Below, one piece after another: positions 52,328 to 64,000 of a stretch of 64,000 nt of DNA (positions are counted from its first letter, which is position 1; each line of letters starts with the position of its first letter). The notes beneath the pieces were generated by a model that was not told where the DNA came from, ran no database searches, and was given only the letters and a program-made list of their open reading frames with translations. The DNA lies in NCBI GenBank assembly GCA_951406725.2, contig OX597817.1, positions 37,262,001 through 37,326,000 of the forward strand. Direction: 5' to 3'. The DNA comes from Octopus vulgaris. Taxonomy: Eukaryota. The position numbers and the translations under genes were made by a program.

Positions 52328-52769
52328 TTGTCATTCTTAAGCGCCCTTCCCATTTCTTTGTAAAATTTGCCTTTGTAAGTGCCTTTCTATTCTTAGGCCC
52401 TTTTTAGTATGATAGTATTATTACTAACATTCCATATATTCTTAGTGTTGCTGTTGCAACTGCTTTTAGTGTTCCTATTGTGGTTGTTGTTGTTGTTGTT
52501 GTTGTCATTGATCCATTGCCGTTTGATGCCATTCCACTTCAAATACACCGCTAATGCCAGTCAGAAAGACAGACACGTCACAAAATCTCTTATATTTCAC
52601 TCCTTTATAAATCTCAGGCTTTCTGCTCAGTCAAACAATCAGTTTTATTAGTTAGTAGTTATTATTATTATTAGTAACATTTTTATTTCTTTTTTATATT
52701 TTTTAATTCTTTGTATTTTATTTCGAAGGAAAAGAAAATGAGATTATTACGGCTGTCGTTACTGTTAGC

Positions 52770-53110
52770 TTTCTTCTTCTTCTTCTTCTTCTTCTTCTTC
52801 TTCTTCTTCTTCTTCTTCTTCTTCTTCTTCTTCTTCTTCTTCTTCTTCTTCTTCTTTATCATCATCATCATGATCTTCATCATCTTCTTCATCATCATCA
52901 TCATCTTCATCATCATCTTCTTCATCATCATAATTTTTTTCTTCTTCTTCATAATCATCATCAGTAGTAGTAGTAATAGTAGTAGCAGCAACAGAAGCAG
53001 CAGCAGCTACAGTAGCATTAGTAGTAGTAGCAGCAGCAGTGGTAACGTTGATGTCGTTTTTGCCTTTATCGTCGTCGTCATCATAATCATCATCATCATC
53101 ATCATCACCT
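52770..53110. repeat. Compound (TTC)n/(ATC)n/(AGT/AGC)n trinucleotide repeats
   Basis: Read directly from the sequence. Confidence 0.95.
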
Positions 53111-53334
53111 TTATTTCATTATTTAATGACATTTTTATGCTCTTTCTTCTATCAGCCTCGTCACCATTGGCACCAGCGTGGCTTTTACGCGATTGCTTTG
53201 AAATTTCCTTTAGAATAGGGTTCACAGCCTGAAATCAAAAGGACATGGTTTTACTATTATTTATTGATTTTTATCGATCTTTTTCAAGGTGAACTGAAGC
53301 GCCTAATGTCCATATAACTATCTATCTGTCTCTG

Positions 53335-53380
<46 letters not shown>

Positions 53381-53877
53381 ACTCTCTCTTTTTCAATCTG
53401 TCTATCTGTATCTACCTTTTCTATGTACATGCATACCTCAAGCACAACTTTTAAGAGTGAAAGTGAAGTCTTCAGATGTCAAAAAGAAGATATTTGCAAA
53501 TCAATGAGAGTGGCAGAGACAATAACAACAACAACGACGTCGACGACGACAACAACAACAACAATTATAACAATGATATATCAACAAAGAAAGGGTTACA
53601 GCAACAACAGCAACAACGACAATAATAACACTGCTCTCGGTCTCTAAAAGCATGCCTCTTTTATATCACACTTCTTCTTCTTCTTCTTCTTCTTCTTTGT
53701 CTTCGTCTGCTTCTTCTTCTTCTTCTTCTGCTACTACTACCACTACTACTTTCTGCTCTCAATGCTGTAGTTGTAATAGTAGTAGTAGTAGTCGAAGTAA
53801 CAAGCTTCCTTTCATATTTGGGGTGTAGTTAGAGTAGAAGGAAACGAAATAAACAGAAGAGAAAACATAAAACAAGT

Positions 53878-53940
53878 AGCAGCAGCAGTAGTAGTTAGTA
53901 GTAGTAGTAGTAGTATTAGTATTAGTAGTAGTAGTAGTAC

Positions 53941-54007
<67 letters not shown>

Positions 54008-54080
54008 GGTGGTGGTGATGGTAGTGGTGGTGATGGTAGTGGTGGTGGTGGTGGTGATGGTAGTGGTAGTAGTAGTAGTG

Positions 54081-54137
<57 letters not shown>

Positions 54138-54188
54138 TGGTGGTGATGGTAGTGGTGGTGGTGGTGGTGGTGGTAGTAGTATTAGTAG
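53878..54188. repeat. (TAG/TGG)n microsatellite
   Basis: Read directly from the sequence. Confidence 0.97.
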
Positions 54189-54604
54189 TTTCAGAAGAAG
54201 AAAAAAGCATGAAACTGAAGTAAACAGGCAACTGTCTTAAAGTAAGTAAAGTCTCAATTGTAAATCACCAGTTCACAGCTTTGATAAGTAACAGTTTTCA
54301 GATATCTCAAACAGAGCTGAAAGAATGGATAGCAAAGATCTGAAGTGTACTTGTTGAAGTGTTACTGACTTTAAAACTTACCGACCATATTTCTTCAGCG
54401 ATGAATGGCAAATTTCTTCATCTCTTAACGCGGTGCACTAATGGACGCTTTTCTGGCGCTCCTCACTTTACTTTATGATAATGAGATAGCTGAAGTGTAG
54501 GGGCTTCCTTAACGCTTTTTACTGTTGATCATTTAGATTTTGGCCTTTCTTGTGAGTTTTGTACCTTTGTATATGTTATTTTATGTAGCATATACACATA
54601 CACA

Positions 54605-54669
<65 letters not shown>

Positions 54670-54808
54670 GTATATAGACATACAAAGATTTATAAAAAAT
54701 ATACATACATACATGTATGTGTGTATGTGTGAGCAACCATACTTGGTCGCTAAATCCACAAGTTTTTTTTTGTTCTCTCTCTCTCTCTCTGTTTATTTTC
54801 TCTTATTC

Positions 54809-54844
54809 CTTTCTGTGGAAGAGCGTAGTTACGAAACGTAAAAG
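54809..54844 (+). ncRNA. Degenerate minimal hammerhead-like motif in a pLTR-like fragment
   Basis: CTTT-CTGTGGA-A-GAGCGTAGTTAC-GAAA-CG-TA-AAAG, with helix I CTTT/AAAG. The downstream CCGAGCGTC is shared with the 24047 copy (CTGAGCGTC). Confidence 0.35.
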
Positions 54845-54933
54845 ATTTTCTCACTTACCCGAGCGTCAAACTATTACATCTGCTTGTTGTTCATACACCC
54901 GTCTTCGTCTTTTGTTTTTCTTTAAATTTCAGT

Positions 54934-54997
<64 letters not shown>

Positions 54998-55000
<3 letters not shown>

Positions 55001-55208
55001 TTAAAATAATAAGGGTAAAAAATTGAATATTAATTTGATTAATATCAAATTTAAAACCAGTGGTCTAGCATATAGAAAAATCTGAAAATTCAGAGGAATT
55101 GAATTACATAAATATAAGAGGGATGACGACTGAGTGGTAAGACCATAGGGATCTACTTCTAGCATATGGATATCCACTTAGTGGTCATCCCTCTTGTATG
55201 TATGTAAT
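54998..55208. mobile_element. Penelope pLTR-like fragment with a terminal hairpin
   Basis: TAAGGGTA...AATTGA...ACCAGTGGTCTAGCATAT is homologous to 43878-43928. Hairpin arms are 55102-55137/55174-55208. Confidence 0.6.
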
Positions 55209-55233
55209 ATATATATATATATATATGTGTGTG

Positions 55234-55454
55234 TTTCTTTATTGCCCACAAGGGGCTAAACATAGAGGGGACAAACAAACGGATTAAGTCGATTACATCG
55301 ACCCCAGTGCGTAACTGGTACTTAATTTATCGACCCCGAAAGGATGAAAGGCAAAGTCGACCTCGGCGGAATTTGAACTCAGAACGCAACAACAGACGCA
55401 ATACTGCTAAGCATTTCGCCCGGTGTGCTAACGTTTCTGCCAGCTCGCCGCCTT
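55234..55454 (-). mobile_element. SINE family A monomer
   Basis: Near-consensus reverse complement of 44538-44760, including the full head AAGGCGGCGAGCTGGCAG. Confidence 0.92.
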
Positions 55455-55639
55455 ATTCTAATATATATATATTAGTGTATGTATAGAAATGTTTGTGTAT
55501 GAACTTGCGTGCATTTATGAATCCGCATCTTCCTTTCACTTGCATCATAGAAAAATGAGAAATGAGGTTCTTCAAAATGTTTGAGTCTGGTCCCTATTAA
55601 AGTGACCATGTAATTATTTGAAGATTTTTTTTCTTTTAC

Positions 55640-56020
55640 AAGATGCTGCTGGCTTGTAGCTGCATGGTGTCGGGTTCAGTTCCACTGCGCAGCACCTTAA
55701 GCAAGTATTTTCTGCTATAGTGCCCTGGACTGACGAAAACCTTGTGAGTGGAATTGGTTGATTGTGAATAAGACTGTGTGTGTGTGTGTGTGTGTTTTCA
55801 TGTGCGTGTGTGCGTATGAGTTTTGTGTTTGATCCAACAAACTATTTGACAACTGGTGTTGGATTTTCTACGTCTTTGTAACTTAGTAATTCGGCAAAAG
55901 TAATCGATGAAATATGTACGAAACTTCAAAAAGAAACACTGAGGTCGATTTGTTCGACTAAAACCTTCGAGGCAGTGCTCCAGCATGATCGTATTCCAGA
56001 GACTAAAACACGTAGAAAGT
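55640..56020 (+). mobile_element. Degenerate SINE family C
   Basis: GGGTTCAGTTCCACTGCGCAGCACCTTAAGCAAG...CCTTGTGAGTGGA...GGCAGTGCTCCAGCATG. Confidence 0.7.
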
Positions 56021-56814
56021 TAAATTATAAGGAAACTAAAGATGTTCGCCGCCAAGGAAACCATTTCCAAAATTGCACAACTTCCTTCCTGTCACTGCTG
56101 TAAAATTAATAACCAAGTCTCAAGGACTTACTTGGCAGGTTTCTGGGTATTCTTGAGGAGAAATATAACCTGGGTGTAGAAAAGACACCATTCTAAGAGA
56201 TGGTTATTCCCGATAAAATGTTTGCTTACATGTTCTTGTTACGAACGGTGAATGGAAAATTATGGCAAAAAAAATTTTAGGTTTCTTATTTTGATTGTAA
56301 GACTTCAGTATGGCCTTAATTATGTTCTCAAGAGCAAACTGGAGAAGTAATGAACGTATTTATTTTATGAAATGTATGATCCCACATCAATATTTATTTC
56401 TATAGATATCTGTTGGCCCGTAGCAATAATATTGAAACATCCTACACATATTTGTATGTTTTTCTGAATGACTAGATATTAAAAGAAGCACACAGACCAG
56501 CCTACAGTCATATATATGAACATAATACGCACTCATACACGCGCGCATGCGCGCACACACATATATGCAAGGTACGTATGTGTACATAAACATATACACA
56601 AAAAGCGAGGGAGAGAGAAAGAGAAATAATAAAGACAGAATCAAAGAAAAATAGAAAGTTTGTGTGTGTGTGTATGTGTGTGCGCGCGTGTTTTAGCACT
56701 GGGTATACTTGTGGTGTATAGATGGGTATAAAAATAATGGAAACAAGGACATACAGACATGCAATTTATGTAAACTGAGCGATCGATTGATCGATCGAGA
56801 GTTATTTATATTGA

Positions 56815-57130
<316 letters not shown>

Positions 57131-58790
57131 ACCATGTATGCTATGGATATTCGTATTACATACGTCTGGTTAGCTGGTTATTTGGTTGAATAATTTTATG
57201 GATTTTTGTAGATATAAAATGTTATGTTTCATGGCTTGGAATATTGAATGAATGGGTGAAAGAGAAAGTAGATCGATATATTAATTGATCTGCAAACTAA
57301 TATGGATCACAAAATGTACCCCGCTACATTCAAAAACTTCAAATTTATTCATGTATGATGTAAAGAAAGCATATCAACCGACATCATTCACTCAAGTCAG
57401 TTTTCAGTGAATATCAAAGCAGTTCACAGAATATCCAAACTTATTTATTAGCTTCTGTTTTAACCAAGATATCTTGCATCGTGTAATTCGCGTTGGCTCA
57501 GAGTTCTGAAAGTTTAATTCTGTAACTAAGGGACAATTGTCTGTTCAAACTCATATCTGTATAAACTGAAAACAGCAATCCTTATTTTCGTATCTAAACA
57601 TCACCATTAGAAAGCAGTAATTCTTCTTTGGAAAAGTGAACAATCGCAATTCTGTTTAATATAAAGATGTGAACAAATACACAAACATGCATACTCACAG
57701 TCACAAACAGACACACGTGTGTGTGTGTGTAAAATTCTCTAATCTATTGTTCTGATTCTCAGTGAGGCTAGTGTATAAAATACAGTTAAGCTTGTGTTAA
57801 CGTAGGCAAGCAATAAAAATAGGCCTAACTAGAAATATTTGCGCAGTTAGGCAAAAAGGAAAATTATTCATGACTTGTATTATCAAAATTAGTTCAACAA
57901 ATACGGGGGACAACTCTAGCGTGTTTCCGCTTTTTATGACGCCATTAGTAAAGGAGCATAAACTTCATCGTGTTTGATGAAGTGATGATGGAGAAAAAAA
58001 TCAAGAAAGGTAACTCGTTCTGTTCAATAATGTATAAGGTGTATATGAAATGTTTGAAATGTATATTATATCAATTGCTCATAATTTTTACCATTAGTTT
58101 CAGTCAAGAAACTGCAGTCAAGTCCATGCCCAACGCTTACCCTATCTAGCTTTATACATATTTCTGTATGGTACATATTTTTATCGCCACTATTTGCTGA
58201 ATTGCTAGGTGAACTGTTAGACGTAAAAGAAACTTAAGGTAACACCTATGCTGATCAACTGACGTCATCAAACTACCAGATTCGTGTTTCTGCATGATTT
58301 TGTTCCCTTGCTAGGTTCGATGTATATTTTCACACAGAAGGACCACAGGGAGAAGTTTTTCTTCGGAACAAAACTCCGTTGCGATGCGAATGCTTCACAG
58401 GCGACAGTGTGCAGGAACGTATCAAAAATTAATTTCCACGCCTTTATTTTCGTTTTCACTGATTTGTGTGCTTATACCAAATTAACTCCGGGTGGCAAAG
58501 CTTCAAAAGTACGGCGGAAAATATATCATTTGTTTAACTTGAGCTCCAAATATGCTAGGCAGTATCTAGCACGGAGGAGACGAAACCACGCCGAAACAAG
58601 TACAACAGAAGGATGGTGTCATTTGAAATTCGAAATGACATTCAATGTTTTTAGAGTGAATTTTTTCTCCGCGACAAAATCCCGCAACGAATGCCTTTCA
58701 CGAATTAGTGTACCGAGAGTTTAAAAATTGATAAGCGCGTGTTTACTTTGATCATCGTTGGTTCGTGTGTTTATATATATATATATAGTA

Positions 58791-58842
58791 AGCGGTGCTC
58801 CAGCATGGCTGCTGTCAAATGACTGGAACAAGTAAAAGTAAA
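58791..58842 (+). mobile_element. Isolated SINE C / CR1 3' tail
   Basis: GCGGTGCTCCAGCATGGCTGCTGTCAAATGACTGGAACAAGTAAAAG. Confidence 0.7.
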
Positions 58843-60203
58843 GATACGTATGTGTGTGTAAGTGTATGCATATGTAAGTATATATGTATGTATATGTATA
58901 CGTGTGTGCGTATATATATATTCATTCAAACTAGTCATACAGGAAACTTGTAGATGTTCCTGGAAGACTAGAATGTGTCTGTGTGTGTGTGTGTGCGTGC
59001 GTGTGTGTGGTTACTCATTCCCAGATAGCAGACATGATCAAACGTATTTTGGTAGCGACCCCATTAAGGTAACTTCATTGACTCGCACATAATTTGTTAA
59101 TTTGCGTTCTGAGTTAGTGGTTTAACTTGAGTGACAAGTTTCCGTAGAGTCAAGAAGAGAAAGAAGTGCTTCGGGATTAAGAGCGTGCGGTCGGTTCTTT
59201 TAAGTATTTCCCAGAATAAAAATTCATAAAATCAGATTTACACCTTGATGATTAATACTGAACGCTTAAATAAATAGCAGCATGTTCGTGTCGAGATGAC
59301 TCCGGCATAGTTGACATGGAATATTATGGAATTAATTAAACATGTAGTGATGAACAAATCTCTTTTCTAAACGACTGATTCTGATTTCAAAATATTGGGA
59401 AGAAGAGACGGAAAGCCTACAAATTTAATTAATTAAAATTAATTAAATATAAAGAGGCAGTAGGATGTTAGACTAATATGTTGCATCTTGGCAGCAACTT
59501 TGAACATGCTTCGTTCATATTAGTCCTTCACAATGACGCTTGGTGACTCAGTGAGACATTGCTGTGTTTGTTCGCTGTCGTAAATTTTGCAATATTTCTA
59601 TCGCCTTTCTTTCTGTTTTCATCACGATTGTAGACTGTAGTCTCTTTATGGCTTAGGACAAGCGAAGTGGAAGCGTTCAATGAGCAAATATTTTTACTTC
59701 TATGGGGTCGATTCAAAAATTTTAGTAACACTACGCAGAACTTGGGCTTCGATTGGCTCTTAATATTGCAGTTATTTTGTGGTTATTTCGATTCTGCGGG
59801 AAAAATTATTTTCGGTTTACAGCTTTTCAAGTATCCGTGGTTTGCTCCCCCTAACGTGTAGGTATATAAAACAAACAATCCGTCTAAAAGTCATTATTTT
59901 ACGTTTCATTAACAAAGTTTACAGAAGAATGCAAAAGTCTCACTAGAGAGAATTGATAAATCTAAATGAAAATAATGTCCGATATTTCGCATTTTATTTT
60001 AATTTCCCAGATGGTTAGATAAAAATGTATTAAAATGTGACAAAAACTGTCACAGAATAATTCTCTGCTATATAGGTATGTTTTTTTTTTTTTTTTTGCG
60101 GTTGAAGCAAATGTTCGTGTAATATTGCTACACTTAAACATTATTACGCATTTCATACATACATAGAGACCGAGAGAGAGAAAGAGAGAGACAGAGATAC
60201 TCA

Positions 60204-60261
<58 letters not shown>

Positions 60262-60349
60262 CATACATACATACATTTCTATAATTTATCCCATACTTAT
60301 ACATTCATAAATATCCTATGTTACACACACATACATACACACACACACA

Positions 60350-60401
<52 letters not shown>

Positions 60402-60899
60402 CACTTTGTGATAAGTATGTCTGTGATTAAGAATTTAGAAGTTTTGGTTTTAATCTGCTGTATTGTATAGGCGTCTTCAAATTGACCAATAGCTTGTGAG
60501 AGGAATTGTGACAGGCTAGACAAAATATACGTCTCTAGTATAATTTATAGAATGTTATATATAAGTGAGTCTTCATAGTTAACACCTATACACACTCAGA
60601 AACGAAAGCACACACACACACTGCATGCACACAAATACACACACACACATACATACACATTGCGCACGCTTACACATTTTGCGCCAATACGAGAAATCAA
60701 TATATATATTTGTAGTTGAATGTCCTCTTTGAAGTATATTATTGCGAGTGAGGCTATATTATTTTCTTTCTTTGCGCGCTGTATATATACGTGTGTGTGT
60801 ATTAGTGTGTATGTGTGTCTGTCTGTCTGTCTGTGAGTGTGTGAATACATATGCCTGTGTCGATGTGCGTGTGTGTGCTTGTGTACATATATATATATA

Positions 60900-61005
60900 C
60901 GAGGGGTGTACGAAAGATTTTGAGCCTTCAAGTCTTGTACCTTCATCAGAAGTCTTGTACCATGTTTTGTTTTTTCGAGACGCAAAACTTTTCATACACC
61001 CCTCG
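60900..61005. mobile_element. Mariner-type MITE, 106 bp, TA TSD
   Basis: TA|CGAGGGGTGTACGAAAGATTTTG ... CAAAACTTTTCATACACCCCTCG|TA; the TIRs are ~23 bp. Confidence 0.88.
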
Positions 61006-61012
61006 TATAAAT

Positions 61013-61070
<58 letters not shown>

Positions 61071-61072
61071 CT

Positions 61073-61439
61073 TGGCACTCCGTCGATCACGACGACGAGT
61101 GTTCCAGTTGATCCGATCAACAGAACAGCCTCCTCATGAAATTAACGTTCAAGTGGTTGAGCGCTCCACAGACTCGTGTACCCTTAACCTATTTCCCGGG
61201 CAGATTCAGTGCGACACAATGCGTGACAAGGCTGGCTCTTTGAAATACAGGTACAACAGAAACAGGAAGAAAGAGAGAAAGTTGTTATGAAAAATCACAG
61301 CAAGGTTCGTCACCACCCCCTGCCGGGGCCGCACGGAGCTTTAGGTGTTTTCGCTCCATAAACACTCACAACGCTCGGACTAGGAATCGAAACTGCGTTC
61401 CTACGACCGCGAGTCCGCTGCCCTAACCATTGCGCCTCC
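61073..61439 (-). mobile_element. SINE family B, full length
   Basis: Reverse complement of the 10126-10448 type: head GGAGGCGCAATGGTTAGGGCAGCGGACTCGCGG, tail ...CGTCGTGATCGACGGAGTGCCA. Confidence 0.9.
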
Positions 61440-61912
61440 AAACACGCACACATATATAAATATATTTGTATATGTGTGTATATATACACAAGAATATATA
61501 TTTAGCTTTACCTGGTGTAAGTTTCACAGCTTATGGCTGGATGGATTTTTAGGGCTGACATAGTGATAGAAGACATCAAAAGAGACGCTTTAACCCAACC
61601 TTCTCCAGATTTGACTGCGACCGCTTTCTTCCGGATGAGAGAGAGTCAGTCAGACAGGCAAATAGAATAAGTGAGAAAATGGGCAAAGAAAAAATAGGAA
61701 CTACAGCAGCAATATAGAATTGGTACTTCATTTATCGTTCTGTTCCCACAGACGATGAAAAAAAAACATTTACTGAAGAATTTAACTCAGCCGGAACAAT
61801 TAACATACTGCAGTCTATTCGACGCCTAAAACGACTCTCCTAATCGGTTGTCTGATAACAACACACATACACACACTCGAGTGTCTGTATGTGTGTATGT
61901 ACCTGGAACTCT

Positions 61913-62008
<96 letters not shown>

Positions 62009-62250
62009 TCTCGACGTTCCAACGATTATCTTGTATGACCATAAGTACCGTAGATCATTGAATGTTATGATGAGGTTTTTAATATTTATTCTTTCTTTCG
62101 TGGAATATGGTTAAGATTGAGGACAATTATTGATTAAGATGTCAAAATTGAGGACACTTTCATATTTGTAAAGTTTGTGTGTATGTGTATGTGTCTACAC
62201 TCACACACACACTCGCATATATATTATGATCATACACGCACACTCATTTA

Positions 62251-62315
<65 letters not shown>

Positions 62316-62387
62316 TATACTTACTTATATATATTCGGTTACATATAAATATGTACATAACTATATATATTTGTGTATGTACATATG

Positions 62388-62459
<72 letters not shown>

Positions 62460-62746
62460 AACGGGCGGTTTCACATTTCATTCTGCCGTTATGCATGAAT
62501 GGCACCTTAATGATTAAGTTGAGAGGAAATGAGATTACTGATGCTTAAGATGTCCTGAAGAAACATTAGTGACGTCGCAAGTGAAGTGAAACGTTTTCAT
62601 ACTGGAATCAAAACCGAATCCTAAATTGAGCTCACCATGAACTTACTGCTGACTCATAAATAGTTTTCGCTGTTTTCTGTCATGTTGTAGTTTATGTACA
62701 TGTCTCTCTGTGTGTGTGCAAGTATGTGTGCGAGTGTGTGTGTGTG

Positions 62747-62781
<35 letters not shown>

Positions 62782-63380
62782 ATTGCTGTAAGATGTTTAT
62801 CGGATCATATACTATAATAGAAAATGGTGCAAAATAAAGAGAAACACAGCGAACGTAGTATGTAGGTGAAGGAGGGGGAGGAAAAAAGGAAGAAGAAGAA
62901 AAAGAACAACAACAACATCATTCGCAGCAGCAGCATCAACAGACAGCACAAGTGAGGAGAGGTGCGAGTTGGATCAAGCGTGAAGAAGAAAACAAGAGTG
63001 TGAAAAATCTAAAATGGTACTAATTGATAAAGAAAACATGACTTGTTTTATCTTGATATGTAACAGAATACTCCGCATATATTTGGCAGGCATGTTCTTT
63101 GAGATCGTACGAGGTTTAAATAGTACTGATTCTTATCATTATTATCATCAATATCATCGTCATCATCATCATCATCATCGTTGTCTTCGTCATCATCATT
63201 GCCCTCAACATCATCATCATCATCATCATCATCATCGTCATTGTCGTCGTCATCTCCACCTCATCATTATACTATGTTCGCCGAATCTCTTTCACAGAAT
63301 GACAAAGAAAAATTTAGAAAAGGAATTTTGCTGAAATCGACCTCACATCTCATTTGTAAGAAGAATTCTACGTAACAATT

Positions 63381-63497
63381 TACTTACAGCAGCATTCCAG
63401 GATACCCACCTATTAGGTATCGAACTCCACACGATCATTAACGAAAAACCATTCATTTTACTATTACTCAGAGTATAAATATATCCTTCATCAGTTA
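63381..63497 (-). ncRNA. Degenerate hammerhead-like motif with a long helix II insert
   Basis: Minus strand: CTGATGA-AGGATAT...GTATCCT (7 bp)-GGAA-TGCTGCT-GTA. GAAA is mutated and helix I does not form. Confidence 0.3.
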
Positions 63498-64000
63498 CGT
63501 AACATAACAAGCACTCAGCAGGACTTCCACTAACGTAAACATACCACTTTGTTCCTTGGTAATATTGGGATATCGATTTCCAGACGTATATATCAGATTT
63601 GAGATATCACTTCACATATTGCCACAATAGTGTGTGAAACTTACTGAACCATGGGGGAGCCATAGGGTGGGGGCCAGATAATCTTACCTTTATATAACAC
63701 AGTCTATACCATAAATAGATATTGCTCCATAGCCATAAATACACAATGTCAGTTTCTATTTCTCTCGGTATTGCACAATGTCTAAAAATACGGTGTGCTT
63801 TTCACGAGTAAAGTGTATGAATGTGTACATGCATACGTACGAACCGATATGCACGCAAACACACATATGTAAAAATATATATGTATATGTACATATCTAT
63901 ATCCATATCTCTTTCTTTCTCTCCCTCTCTTTCATTTTTTCTCTCTCTTACACTCTTGATATATATATGAGTGTGTGTGTATATATATATACATACATAC

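Noticed and set aside
58961-58985. TGGAAGACTAG resembling the miR-7 5' end
   Set aside because: The match stops after 11 nt and no precursor hairpin is evident.
63014-63334. His-rich 106 aa ORF
   Set aside because: The His run derives from a (CAT)n microsatellite; there is no splice or homology support.

Overview
AT-rich, microsatellite-saturated, non-coding metazoan DNA. The repeat landscape points to an octopod cephalopod (Octopus sp.); this is inferred from repeat types, not checked against a database. I can support no intact host protein-coding gene. Nearly all ORFs in the supplied track are translations of (TA)n, (TG)n, (GATA)n, (TAG)n or (TTC)n repeats. What can be read: at least three tRNA-derived SINE families in more than 20 copies, some as dimers or trimers or with swapped body and tail modules; decayed LINE fragments (R4/Dong, RTE, CR1-like, Tx1/L1-like); an internally deleted mariner with a SINE inserted in its transposase; a non-autonomous Helitron; and several MITEs. 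The most notable observations are: (i) several type I hammerhead ribozyme motifs with palindromic helix III, inside direct/inverted repeat blocks that resemble Penelope-like pseudo-LTRs, one with a fully intact core at 43614-43676; (ii) a strong AG|GTAAGT recursive-splice-site (zero-length exon) motif at 25977/25978; (iii) a SINE family sharing its 3' tail with a CR1-type LINE fragment in the same window; and (iv) repeated long fold-back inversions bounded by (TA)n runs.
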